A stretch of DNA of 64,000 nt from NCBI GenBank assembly GCA_964057225.1, contig OZ059898.1, positions 3,534,001 to 3,598,000 on the forward strand. The letters run 5' to 3'. The DNA comes from Auanema rhodensis. Taxonomy: Eukaryota > Animalia > Nematoda. Positions 50,401 through 64,000 of the stretch are shown here, one piece after another. How positions within the stretch are numbered: the first letter of the stretch is position 1; every line of letters begins with the position of its first letter. Below the pieces are notes generated by a model, which saw only the letters and a list, made by a program, of their open reading frames with translations, made no database searches and was not told where the DNA came from. Made by a program: the position numbers and the translations under genes.

Positions 50401-53400
50401 CGTTTTGCTAAATTATTTTGAAATTTTTCGAAAACATTTTTGTCAAAATGTTTTTGGAAGCAATATTGAGTGTACATGGAAACTCAACATACACTAATGC
50501 ATCATTTTTCAAACGATCATAACTAATTTTTGTATTAAGCGTTTCTCAATGTAGTATAGTGCATTCGATGCGGATTTTTAAGCTGCGTCGATCTGTGTTA
50601 TCAGATTTGCGCTAGCTTAAAAATGCACCGAGATATCAACTGATATAAGTTCACACTTACATCCTCGATTTTCACCCTGAAGAAATGATTTTTTCGTTGA
50701 ATAACATTGTCCATCGTCTTTGCCTTGAAAAAAGAAATCTAAAAACATCTACGTTTTGCTAAATTATTTTGAAATTTTTCGAAAACATTTTTGTCAAAAT
50801 GTTTTTGGAAGCAATATTGAGTGTACATGGAAACTCAACATACACTAATGCATCATTTTTCAAACGATCATAACTAATTTTTGTATTAAGCGTTTCTCAA
50901 TGTAGTATAGTGCATTCGATGCGGATTTTTAAGCTGCGTCGATCTGTGTTATTAGATTTGCGCTAGCTTAAAAATGCACCGAGATATCAACTGATATAAG
51001 TTCACACTTATATCCTCGATTTTCACCCTGAAGAATTAATTTTTTCGTTGAATAACATTGTCTATCGTCTTTGCCTTGAAAAATGGAATCTAAAAACATC
51101 TACTTTTTGCTAAATTATTTTGAAATTTTTCGAAAAAATTTTTGTCAAAATGTTTTTGGAAGCAATGTTGAGTGTACATGGAAACTCAACATACACTAAT
51201 GCATCATTTTTCAAACGATCATAACTAATTTTTGTATTAAGCGTTTCTCAATGTAGTATAGTGCATTCGATGCGGATTTTTAAGCTGCGTCGATCTGTGT
51301 TATTAGATTTGCGCTAGCTTAAAAATGCACCGAGATATCAACTGATATAAGTTCACACTTATATCCTCGATTTTCACCCTGAAGAATTAATTTTTTCGTT
51401 GAATAACATTGTCCATCGTCTTTGCCTTAAAAAAAGGAATCTAAAAACATCTACTTTTTGCTAAATTATTTTGAAATTTTTCGAAAAAATTTTTGTCAAA
51501 ATGTTTTTGGAAGCAATATTGAGTGTACATGGAAACTCAACATACACTAATGCATCATTTTTCGAACGATCATACCTAATTTTTGTATTAAGCGTTTCTC
51601 AATGTAGTATAGTGCATTCGATGCGGATTTTTAAGCTGCGTCGATCTGTGTTATTAGATTTGCGCTAGCTTAAAAATGCACCGAGATATCAACTGATATA
51701 AGTTCACACTTATATCCTCGATTTTCACCCTGAAGAATTAATTTTTTCGTTGAATAACATTGTCCATCGTCTTTGCCTTAAAAAAAGGAATCTAAAAACA
51801 TCTACTTTTTGCTAAATTATTTTGAAATTTTTCGAAAAAATTTTTGTCAAAATGTTTTTGGAAGCAATATTGAGTGTACATGGAAACTCAACATACACTA
51901 ATGCATCATTTTTCAAACGATCATACCTAATTTTTGTATTAAGCGTTTCTCAATGTACTATAGTGCATTCGATGCGGATTTTTAAGCTGCGTCGATCTGT
52001 GTTATCAGATTTGCGCTAGCTTAAAAATGCACCGAGATATCAACTGATATAAGTTCACACTTATATCCTCGATTTTCACCCTGAAGAATTAATTTTTTCG
52101 TTGAATAACATTGTCCATCGTCTTTGCCTTAAAAAAAGGAATCTAAAAACATCTACTTTTTGCTAAATTATTTTGAAATTTTTCGAAAAAATTTTTGTCA
52201 AAATGTTTTTGGAAGCAATATTGAGTGTACATGGAAACTCAACATACACTAATGCATCATTTTTCAAACGATCATAACTAATTTGTGTATTAAGCGTTTC
52301 TCAATGTAGTAGAGTGCATTCGATGCGGATTTTTAAGCTGCGTCGATCTGTGTTATCAGATTTGCGCTAGCTTAAAAATGCACCGAGATATCAACTGATA
52401 TAAGTTCACACTTATATCCTCGATTTTCACCCTGAAGAATTAATTTTTTCGTTGAATAACATTGTCTATCGTCTTTGCCTTGAAAAATGGAATCTAAAAA
52501 CATCTACTTTTTGCTAAATTATTTTGAAATTTTTCGAAAAAATTTTTGTCAAAATGTTTTTGGAAGCAATGTTGAGTGTACATGGAAACTCAACATACAC
52601 TAATGCATCATTTTTCAAACGATCATAACTAATTTTTGTATTAAGCGTTTCTCAATGTAGTATAGTGCATTCGATGCGGATTTTTAAACTGCGTCGATCT
52701 GTGTTATCAGATTTGCGCTAGCTTAAAAATGCACCCAGATATCAACTGATATAAGTTCACACTTATATCCTCGATTTTCACCCTGAAGAAATGATTTTTT
52801 CGTTGAATAACATTGTCCATCGTCTTTGCCTTGAAAAAAAAAATCTAAAAACATCTACGTTTTGCTAAATTATTTTGAAATTTTTCGAAAACATTTTTGT
52901 CAAAATGTTTTTGGAAGCAATATTGAGTGTACATGGAAACTCAACATACACTAATGCATCATTTTTCAAACGATCATAACTAATTTTTGTATTAAGCGTT
53001 TCTCAATGTAGTATAGTGCATTCGATGCGGATTTTTAAGCTGCGTCGATCTGTGTTATCAGATTTGCGCTAGCTTAAAAATGCACCGAGATATCAACTGA
53101 TATAAGTTCACACTTATATCCTCGATTTTCACCCTGAAGAATTAATTTTTTCGTTGAATAACATTGTCCATCGTCTTTGCCTTGAAAAAAGAAAACTAAA
53201 AACATCTACGTTTTGCTAAATTATTTTGAAATTTTTCGAAAACATTTTTGTCAAAATGTTTTTGGAAGCAATATTGAGTGTACATGGAAACTCAACATAC
53301 ACTAATGCATCATTTTTCAAACGATCATAACTAATTTTTGTATTAAGCGTTTCTCAATGTAGTATAGTGCATTCGATGCGGATTTTTAAGCTGCGTCGAT

Positions 53401-56400
53401 CTGTGTTATCAGATTTGCGCTAGCTTAAAAATGCACCGAGATATCAACTGATATAAGTTCACACTTATATCCTCGATTTTCACCCTGAAGAATTAATTTT
53501 TTCGTTGAATAACATTGTCCATCGTCTTTGCCTTGAAAAAAGAAAACTAAAAACATCTACGTTTTGCTAAATTATTTTGAAATTTTTCGAAAACATTTTT
53601 GTCAAAATGTTTTTGGAAGCAATATTGAGTGTACATGGAAACTCAACATACACTAATGCATCATTTTTCAAACGATCATAACTAATTTTTGTATTAAGCG
53701 TTTCTCAATGTAGTATAGTGCATTCGATGCGGATTTTTAAGCTGCGTCGATCTGTGTTATTAGATTTGCGCTAGCTTAAAAATGCACCGAGATATCAACT
53801 GATATAAGTTCACACTTATATCCTCGATTTTCACCCTGAAGAATTAATTTTTTCGTTGAATAACATTGTCCATCGTCTTTGCCTTAAAAAAAGGAATCTA
53901 AAAACATCTACTTTTTGCTAAATTATTTTGAAATTTTTCGAAAAAATTTTTGTCAAAATGTTTTTGGAAGCAATATTGAGTGTACATGGAAACTCAACAT
54001 ACACTAATGCATCATTTTTCAAACGATCATAACTAATTTGTGTATTAAGCGTTTCTCAATGTAGTAGAGTGCATTCGATGCGGATTTTTAAGCTGCGTCG
54101 ATCTGTGTTATCAGATTTGCGCTAGCTTAAAAATGCACCGAGATATCAACTGATATAAGTTCACACTTATATCCTCGATTTTCACCCTGAAGAATTAATT
54201 TTTTCGTTGAATAACATTGTCTATCGTCTTTGCCTTGAAAAATGGAATCTAAAAACATCTACTTTTTGCTAAATTATTTTGAAATTTTTCGAAAAAATTT
54301 TTGTCAAAATGTTTTTGGAAGCAATATTGAGTGTACATGGAAACTCAACATACACTAATGCATCATTTTTCAAACGATCATAACTAATTTTTGTATTAAG
54401 CGTTTCTAAATGTAGTATAGTGCATTCGATGCGGATTCTTAAGCTGCGTCGATCTGTGTTATCAGATTTGCGCTAGCTTAAAAATGCACCGAGATATCAA
54501 CTGATATAAGTTCACACTTATATCCTCGATTTTCACCCTGAAGAATTAATTTTTTCGTTGAATAACATTGTCTATCGTCTTTGCCTTGAAAAATGGAATC
54601 TAAAAACATCTACTTTTTGCTAAATTATTTTGAAATTTTTCGAAAAAATTTTTGTCAAAATGTTTTTGGAAGCAATGTTGAGTGTACATGGAAACTCAAC
54701 ATACACTAATGCATCATTTTTCAAACGATCATAACTAATTTTTGTATTAAGCGTTTCTCAATGTAGTATAGTGCATTGGATGCGGATTTTTAAGCTGCGT
54801 CGATCTGTGTTATTAGATTTGCGCTAGCTTAAAAATGCACCGAGATATCAACTGATATAAGTTCACACTTATATCCTCGATTTTCACCCTGAAGAATTAA
54901 TTTTTTCGTTGAATAACATTGTCCATCGTCTTTGCCTTAAAAAAAGGAATCTAAAAACATCTACTTTTTGCTAAATTATTTTGAAATTTTTCGAAAAAAT
55001 TTTTGTCAAAATGTTTTTGGAAGCAATATTGAGTGTACATGGAAACTCAACATACACTAATGCATCATTTTTCAAACGATCATAACTAATTTTCGTATTA
55101 AGCGTTTCTCAATGTAGTATAGTGCATTCGATGCGGATTTTTAAGCTGCGTCGATCTGTGTTATCAGATTTGCGCTAGCTTAAAAATGCACCCAGATATC
55201 AACTGATATAAGTTCACACTTATATCCTCGATTTTCACCCTGAAGAAATGATTTTTTCGTTGAATAACACTGTCCATCGTCTTTGCCTTGAAAAAAGAAA
55301 TCTAAAAACATCTACGTTTTGCTAAATTATTTTGAAATTTTTCGAAAACATTTTTGTCAAAATGTTTTTGGAAGCAATATTGAGTGTACATGGAAACTCA
55401 ACATACACTAATGCATCATTTTTCAAACGATCATAACTAATTTTTGTATTAAGCGTTTCTAAATGTAGTATAGTGCATTCGATGCGGATTTTTAAGCTGC
55501 GTCGATCTGTGTTATCAGATTTGCGCTAGCTTAAAAATGCACCCAGATATCAACTGATATAAGTTCACACTTATATCCTCGATTTTCACCCTGAAGAATT
55601 AATTTTTTCGTTGAATAACATTGTCCATCGTCTTTGCCTTGAAAAATGGAATCTAAAAACATCTACTTTTTGCTAAATTATTTTGAAATTTTTCGAAAAA
55701 ATTTTTGTCAAAATGTTTTTGGAAGCAATGTTGAGTGTACATGGAAACTCAACATACACTAATGCATCATTTTTCAAACGATCATAACTAATTTTTGTTT
55801 TAAGCTTTTCTCAATGTAGTATAGTGCATTCGATGCGGATTTTTAAGCTGCGTAGATCTGTGTTATCAGATTTGTGCTAGCTTAAAAATGCACCGAGATA
55901 TCAACTGATATAAGTTCACAGTTATATCCTCGATTTTCACCCTGAAGAATTAACTTTTTCGTTGAATAACATTGTCTATCGTCTTTGCCTTGAAAAATGG
56001 AATCTAAAAACATCTACTTTTTGCTAAATTATTTTAAAATTTTTCGAAAAAATTTTTGTCAAAATGTTTTTGGAAGCAATGTTGAGTGTACATGGAAACT
56101 CAACATACACTAATGCATCATTTTTCAAACAATCATAACTAATTTTTGTATTAAGCTTTTCTCAATGTAGTATAGTGCATTCGATGCGGATTTTTAAGCT
56201 GCGTCGATCTGTGTTATCAGATTTGCGCTAGCTTAAAAATGCACCGAGATATCAACTGATATAAGTTCACACTTATATCCTCGATTTTCACCCTGAAGAA
56301 TTAATTTTTTCGTTGAATAACATTGTCCATCGTCTTTGCCTTGAAAAAAGGAATCTAAAAACATCTACTTTTTGCTAAATTATTTTGAAATTTTTCGAAA

Positions 56401-59400
56401 AAATTTTTGTCAAAATGTTTTTGGAAGCAATGTTGAGTGTACATGGAAACTCAACATACACTAATGCATCATTTTTCAAACGATCATAACTAATTTTTGT
56501 ATCAAGCGTTTCTAAATGTAGTATAGTGCATTCGATGCGGATTTTTAAGCTGCGTCGATCTGTGTTATCAGATTTGCGCTAGCTTAAAAATGCACCCAGA
56601 TATCAACTGATATAAGTTCACACTTATATCCTCGATTTTCACCCTGAAGAAATGATTTTTTCGTTGAATAACATTGTCCATCGTCTTTGCCTTGAAAAAA
56701 GAAATCTAAAAACATCTACGTTTCGCTAAATTATTTTGAAATTTTTCGAAAACATTTTTGTCAAAATGTTTTTGGAAGCAATATTGAGTGTACATGGAAA
56801 CTCAACATACACTAATGCATCATTTTTCAAACGATTATAACTAATTTTTGTATTAAGCGTTTTTCAATGTAGTATAGTGCATTCGATGCGGATTTTTAAG
56901 CTGCGTCGATCTGTGTTATCAGATTTGCGCTAGCTTAAAAATGCGCCGAGATATCAACTGATATAAGTTCACACTTATATCCTCGATTTTCACCCTGAAG
57001 AATTAATTTTTTCGTTGAATAACATTGTCCATCGTCTTCGCCTTGAAAAAAGGAATCTAAAAACATCTACTTTTTGCTAAATTATTTTGAAATTTTTCGA
57101 AAAAATTTTTGTCAAAATGTTTTTGGAAGCAATGTTGAGTGTACATGGAAACTCAACATACACTAATGCATCATTTTTCAAACGATCATAACTAATTTTT
57201 GTATTAAGCGTTTCTCAATGTAGTATAGTGCATTGGATGCGGATTTTTAAGCTGCGTCGATCTGTGTTATTAGATTTGCGCTAGCTTAAAAATGCGCCGA
57301 GATATCAACTGATATAAGTTCACACTTATATCCTCGATTTTCACCCTGAAGAATTAATTTTTTCGTTGAATAACATTGTCCATCGTCTTTGCCTTAAAAA
57401 AAGGAATCTAAAAACATCTACTTTTTGCTAAATTATTTTGAAATTTTTCGAAAAAATTTTTGTCAAAATGTTTTTGGAAGCAATATTGAGTGTACATGGA
57501 AACTCAACATACACTAATGCATCATTTTTCAAACGATCATAACTAATTTTTGTATTAAGCGTTTCTCAATGTACTATAGTGCATTCGATGCGGATTTTTA
57601 AGCTGCGTCGATCTGTGTTATCAGATTTGCGCTATCTTAAAAATGCACCGAGATATCAACTGATATAAGTTCACACTTATATCCTCGATTTTCACCCTGA
57701 AGAATTAATTTTTTCGTTGAATAACATTGTCCATCGTCTTTGCCTTAAAAAAAGGAATCTAAAAACATCTACTTTTTGCTAAATTATTTTGAAATTTTTC
57801 GAAAAAATTTTTGTCAAAATGTTTTTGGAAGCAATATTGAGTGTACATGGAAACTCAACATACACTAATGCATCATTTTTCAAACGATCATAACTAATTT
57901 TTGTATTAAGCGTTTCTCAATGTACTATAGTGCATTCGATGCGGATTTTTAAGCTGCGTCGATCTGTGTTATCAGATTTGCGCTATCTTAAAAATGCACC
58001 GAGATATCAACTGATATAAGTTCACACTTATATCCTCGATTTTCACCCTGAAGAATTAATTTTTTCGTTGAATAACATTGTCCATCGTCTTTGCCTTGAA
58101 AAAAGGAATCTAAAAACATCTACTTTTTGCTAAATTATTTTGAAATTTTTCGAAAAAATTTTTGTCAAAATGTTTTTGGAAGCAATGTTGAGTGTACATG
58201 GAAACTCAACATACACTAATGCATCATTTTTCAAACGATCATAACTAATTTTTGTATCAAGCGTTTCTAAATGTAGTATAGTGCATTCGATGCGGATTTT
58301 TAAGCTGCGTCGATCTGTGTTATCAGATTTGCGCTAGCTTAAAAATGCACCCAGATATCAACTGATATAAGTTCACACTTATATCCTCGATTTTCACCCT
58401 GAAGAATTAATTTTTTCGTTGAATAACATTGTCCATCGTCTTTGCCTAGAAAAAAGAAAACTAAAAACATCTACGTTTTGCTAAATTATTTTGAAATTTT
58501 TCGAAAACATTTTTGTCAAAATGTTTTTGGAAGCAATATTGAGTGTACATGGAAACTCAACATACACTAATGCATCATTTTTCAAACGATCATAACTAAT
58601 TTTTGTATTAAGCGTTTCTCAATGTAGTATAGTGCATTCGATGCGGATTTTTAAGCTGCGTCGATCTGTGTTATCAGATTTGCGCTAGCTTAAAAATGCA
58701 CCGAGATATCAACTGATATAAGTTCACACTTATATCCTCGATTTTCACCCTGAAGAATTAATTTTTTCGTTGAATAACATTGTCCATCGTCTTTGCCTTG
58801 AAAAAAGAAAACTAAAAACATCTACGTTTTGCTAAATTATTTTGAAATTTTTCGAAAACATTTTTGTCAAAATGTTTTTGGAAGCAATATTGAGTGTACA
58901 TGGAAACTCAACATACACTAATGCATCATTTTTCAAACGATCATAACTAATTTTTGTATTAAGCGTTTCTCAATGTAGTATAGTGCATTCGATGCGGATT
59001 TTTAAGCTGCGTCGATCTGTGTTATCAGATTTGCGCTAGCTTAAAAATGCACCGAGATATCAACTGATATAAGTTCACACTTATATCCTCGATTTTCACC
59101 CTGAAGAATTAATTTTTTCGTTGAATAACATTGTCCATCGTCTTTGCCTTGAAAAAAGAAAACTAAAAACATCTACGTTTTGCTAAATTATTTTGAAATT
59201 TTTCGAAAACATTTTTGTCAAAATGTTTTTGGAAGCAATATTGAGTGTACATGGAAACTCAACATACACTAATGCATCATTTTTCAAACGATCATAACTA
59301 ATTTTTGTATTAAGCGTTTCTCAATGTAGTATAGTGCATTCGATGCGGATTTTTAAGCTGCGTCGATCTGTGTTATTAGATTTGCGCTAGCTTAAAAATG

Positions 59401-62400
59401 CACCGAGATATCAACTGATATAAGTTCACACTTATATCCTCGATTTTCACCCTGAAGAATTAATTTTTTCGTTGAATAACATTGTCCATCGTCTTTGCCT
59501 TAAAAAAAGGAATCTAAAAACATCTACTTTTTGCTAAATTATTTTGAAATTTTTCGAAAAAATTTTTGTCAAAATGTTTTTGGAAGCAATATTGAGTGTA
59601 CATGGAAACTCAACATACACTAATGCATCATTTTTCAAACGATCATAACTAATTTGTGTATTAAGCGTTTCTCAATGTAGTAGAGTGCATTCGATGCGGA
59701 TTTTTAAGCTGCGTCGATCTGTGTTATCAGATTTGCGCTAGCTTAAAAATGCACCGAGATATCAACTGATATAAGTTCACACTTATATCCTCGATTTTCA
59801 CCCTGAAGAATTAATTTTTTCGTTGAATAACATTGTCTATCGTCTTTGCCTTGAAAAATGGAATCTAAAAACATCTACTTTTTGCTAAATTATTTTGAAA
59901 TTTTTCGAAAAAATTTTTGTCAAAATGTTTTTGGAAGCAATATTGAGTGTACATGGAAACTCAACATACACTAATGCATCATTTTTCAAACGATCATAAC
60001 TAATTTTTGTATTAAGCGTTTCTAAATGTAGTATAGTGCATTCGATGCGGATTTTTAAGCTGCGTCGATCTGTGTTATCAGATTTGCGCTAGCTTAAAAA
60101 TGCACCGAGATATCAACTGATATAAGTTCACACTTATATCCTCGATTTTCACCCTGAAGAATTAATTTTTTCGTTGAATAACATTGTCTATCGTCTTTGC
60201 CTTGAAAAATGGAATCTAAAAACATCTACTTTTTGCTAAATTATTTTGAAATTTTTCGAAAAAATTTTTGTCAAAATGTTTTTGGAAGCAATGTTGAGTG
60301 TACATGGAAACTCAACATACACTAATGCATCATTTTTCAAACGATCATAACTAATTTTTGTATTAAGCGTTTCTCAATGTAGTATAGTGCATTGGATGCG
60401 GATTTTTAAGCTGCGTCGATCTGTGTTATTAGATTTGCGCTAGCTTAAAAATGCACCGAGATATCAACTGATATAAGTTCACACTTATATCCTCGATTTT
60501 CACCCTGAAGAATTAATTTTTTCGTTGAATAACATTGTCCATCGTCTTTGCCTTAAAAAAAGGAATCTAAAAACATCTACTTTTTGCTAAATTATTTTGA
60601 AATTTTTCGAAAAAATTTTTGTCAAAATGTTTTTGGAAGCAATATTGAGTGTACATGGAAACTCAACATACACTAATGCATCATTTTTCAAACGATCATA
60701 ACTAATTTTCGTATTAAGCGTTTCTCAATGTAGTATAGTGCATTCGATGCGGATTTTTAAGCTGCGTCGATCTGTGTTATCAGATTTGCGCTAGCTTAAA
60801 AATGCACCCAGATATCAACTGATATAAGTTCACACTTATATCCTCGATTTTCACCCTGAAGAAATGATTTTTTCGTTGAATAACATTGTCCATCGTCTTT
60901 GCCTTGAAAAAAGAAATCTAAAAACATCTACGTTTTGCTAAATTATTTTGAAATTTTTCGAAAACATTTTTGTCAAAATGTTTTTGGAAGCAATATTGAG
61001 TGTACATGGAAACTCAACATACACTAATGCATCATTTTTCAAACGATCATAACTAATTTTTGTATTAAGCGTTTCTAAATGTAGTATAGTGCATTCGATG
61101 CGGATTTTTAAGCTGCGTCGATCTGTGTTATCAGATTTGCGCTAGCTTAAAAATGCACCCAGATATCAACTGATATAAGTTCACACTTATATCCTCGATT
61201 TTCACCCTGAAGAATTAATTTTTTCGTTGAATAACATTGTCCATCGTCTTTGCCTTGAAAAATGGAATCTAAAAACATCTACTTTTTGCTAAATTATTTT
61301 GAAATTTTTCGAAAAAATTTTTGTCAAAATGTTTTTGGAAGCAATGTTGAGTGTACATGGAAACTCAACATACACTAATGCATCATTTTTCAAACGATCA
61401 TAACTAATTTTTGTTTTAAGCTTTTCTCAATGTAGTATAGTGCATTCGATGCGGATTTTTAAGCTGCGTAGATCTGTGTTATCAGATTTGTGCTAGCTTA
61501 AAAATGCACCGAGATATCAACTGATATAAGTTCACAGTTATATCCTCGATTTTCACCCTGAAGAATTAACTTTTTCGTTGAATAACATTGTCTATCGTCT
61601 TTGCCTTGAAAAATGGAATCTAAAAACATCTACTTTTTGCTAAATTATTTTAAAATTTTTCGAAAAAATTTTTGTCAAAATGTTTTTGGAAGCAATGTTG
61701 AGTGTACATGGAAACTCAACATACACTAATGCATCATTTTTCAAACAATCATAACTAATTTTTGTATTAAGCTTTTCTCAATGTAGTATAGTGCATTCGA
61801 TGCGGATTTTTAAGCTGCGTCGATCTGTGTTATCAGATTTGCGCTAGCTTAAAAATGCACCGAGATATCAACTGATATAAGTTCACACTTATATCCTCGA
61901 TTTTCACCCTGAAGAATTAATTTTTTCGTTGAATAACATTGTCCATCGTCTTTGCCTTGAAAAAAGGAATCTAAAAACATCTACTTTTTGCTAAATTATT
62001 TTGAAATTTTTCGAAAAAATTTTTGTCAAAATGTTTTTGGAAGCAATGTTGAGTGTACATGGAAACTCAACATACACTAATGCATCATTTTTCAAACGAT
62101 CATAACTAATTTTTGTATCAAGCGTTTCTAAATGTAGTATAGTGCATTCGATGCGGATTTTTAAGCTGCGTCGATCTGTGTTATCAGATTTGCGCTAGCT
62201 TAAAAATGCACCCAGATATCAACTGATATAAGTTCACACTTATATCCTCGATTTTCACCCTGAAGAAATGATTTTTTCGTTGAATAACATTGTCCATCGT
62301 CTCTGCCTTGAAAAAAGAAATCTAAAAACATCTACGTTTCGCTAAATTATTTTGAAATTTTTCGAAAACATTTTTGTCAAAATGTTTTTGGAAGCAATAT

Positions 62401-64000
62401 TGAGTGTACATGGAAACTCAACATACACTAATGCATCATTTTTCAAACGATTATAACTAATTTTTGTATTAAGCGTTTTTCAATGTAGTATAGTGCATTC
62501 GATGCGGATTTTTAAGCTGCGTCGATCTGTGTTATCAGATTTGCGCTAGCTTAAAAATGCGCCGAGATATCAACTGATATAAGTTCACACTTATATCCTC
62601 GATTTTCACCCTGAAGAATTAATTTTTTCGTTGAATAACATTGTCCATCGTCTTCGCCTTGAAAAAAGGAATCTAAAAACATCTACTTTTTGCTAAATTA
62701 TTTTGAAATTTTTCGAAAAAATTTTTGTCAAAATGTTTTTGGAAGCAATGTTGAGTGTACATGGAAACTCAACATACACTAATGCATCATTTTTCAAACG
62801 ATCATAACTAATTTTTGTATTAAGCGTTTCTCAATGTAGTATAGTGCATTGGATGCGGATTTTTAAGCTGCGTCGATCTGTGTTATTAGATTTGCGCTAG
62901 CTTAAAAATGCGCCGAGATATCAACTGATATAAGTTCACACTTATATCCTCGATTTTCACCCTGAAGAATTAATTTTTTCGTTGAATAACATTGTCCATC
63001 GTCTTCGCCTTGAAAAAAGGAATCTAAAAACATCTACTTTTTGCTAAATTATTTTGAAATTTTTCGAAAAAATTTTTGTCAAAATGTTTTTGGAAGCAAT
63101 GTTGAGTGTACATGGAAACTCAACATACACTAATGCATCATTTTTCAAACGATCATAACTAATTTTTGTATTAAGCGTTTCTCAATGTAGTATAGTGCAT
63201 TGGATGCGGATTTTTAAGCTGCGTCGATCTGTGTTATTAGATTTGCGCTAGCTTAAAAATGCACCCAGATATCAACTGATATAAGTTCACACTTATATCC
63301 TCGATTTTCACCCTGAAGAAATGATTTTTTCGTTGAATAACATTGTCCATCGTCTCTGCCTTGAAAAAAGAAATCTAAAAACATCTACGTTTCGCTAAAT
63401 TATTTTGAAATTTTTCGAAAACATTTTTGTCAAAATGTTTTTGGAAGCAATATTGAGTGTACATGGAAACTCAACATACACTAATGCATCATTTTTCAAA
63501 CGATTATAACTAATTTTTGTATTAAGCGTTTTTCAATGTAGTATAGTGCATTCGATGCGGATTTTTAAGCTGCGTCGATCTGTGTTATCAGATTTGCGCT
63601 AGCTTAAAAATGCGCCGAGATATCAACTGATATAAGTTCACACTTATATCCTCGATTTTCACCCTGAAGAATTAATTTTTTCGTTGAATAACATTGTCCA
63701 TCGTCTTCGCCTTGAAAAAAGGAATCTAAAAACATCTACTTTTTGCTAAATTATTTTGAAATTTTTCGAAAAAATTTTTGTCAAAATGTTTTTGGAAGCA
63801 ATGTTGAGTGTACATGGAAACTCAACATACACTAATGCATCATTTTTCAAACGATCATAACTAATTTTTGTATTAAGCGTTTCTCAATGTAGTATAGTGC
63901 ATTGGATGCGGATTTTTAAGCTGCGTCGATCTGTGTTATTAGATTTGCGCTAGCTTAAAAATGCGCCGAGATATCAACTGATATAAGTTCACACTTATAT
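41415..64000. repeat. Distal satellite subdomain (64 monomers in exact 351-bp phase plus a partial copy)
   Basis: 63879-41415=22464=64x351. GTATTAAGC, AATTATTTT and CTGAAGAATTAA dominate. Alleles GCACCCAG, GAAATGATT, CTACGTTT and GAAAACATT were seen only here. Confidence 0.8.
51600..63000. repeat. Imperfect tandem duplication of a 16-monomer block (5616 bp x2)
   Basis: Variants pair at +5616: 51958/57574, 55094/60710, 55854/61470. The best identity is about 52970-57385 versus 58586-63001. Confidence 0.88.

Larger units (their letters stand above)
1..64000. repeat. Tandem satellite DNA array, 351-bp monomer, 182 full copies plus a partial copy, head-to-tail; continues beyond both window edges
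   Basis: GTTTCTCAATGTAG recurs at 1, 352, ... 41415, 47031, 52296, 63879. Copies differ by only a few substitutions or 1-bp indels. No unique sequence was seen. Confidence 0.99.

Noticed and set aside
1-64000. CRISPR array or other repeat-spacer system
   Set aside because: There are no unique spacers: the whole 351-bp unit repeats, and no cas genes are present.
1-64000. A single fixed higher-order repeat period across the array
   Set aside because: Marker offsets vary locally (2 to 16, 37 and 54 monomers), and none persists for more than about two or three copies.

Overview
The whole 64 kb window is one uninterrupted head-to-tail tandem array of an AT-rich 351-bp monomer (about 32% GC by hand count). 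It holds 182 complete copies (1..63878) plus a 122-bp partial copy, all in the same orientation. I see no genes, RNA genes, transposon insertions, inversions or unique spacers. It looks like eukaryotic satellite DNA, possibly centromeric or heterochromatic, but I cannot name the family or host from the sequence. The four ORFs supplied are artefacts of single substitutions that remove stop codons. Three layers of structure are visible. (1) The monomer is tiled with dyad symmetries: four stem-loops plus long-range complements, and some variants improve or switch stems. (2) Rare shared variants show nested local duplications of 2, 3, 4, 5, 6, 7, 14 and 16 monomers and long-range copies 37 and 54 monomers apart, with no single fixed higher-order repeat. 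(3) There is a subfamily boundary near 41.4-43 kb. The proximal domain has 350/352-bp indel variants; the distal domain has 64 monomers spanning exactly 64x351 bp and a different allele set. I found no evidence for a novel protein-coding system. All counts and boundaries were read by eye.
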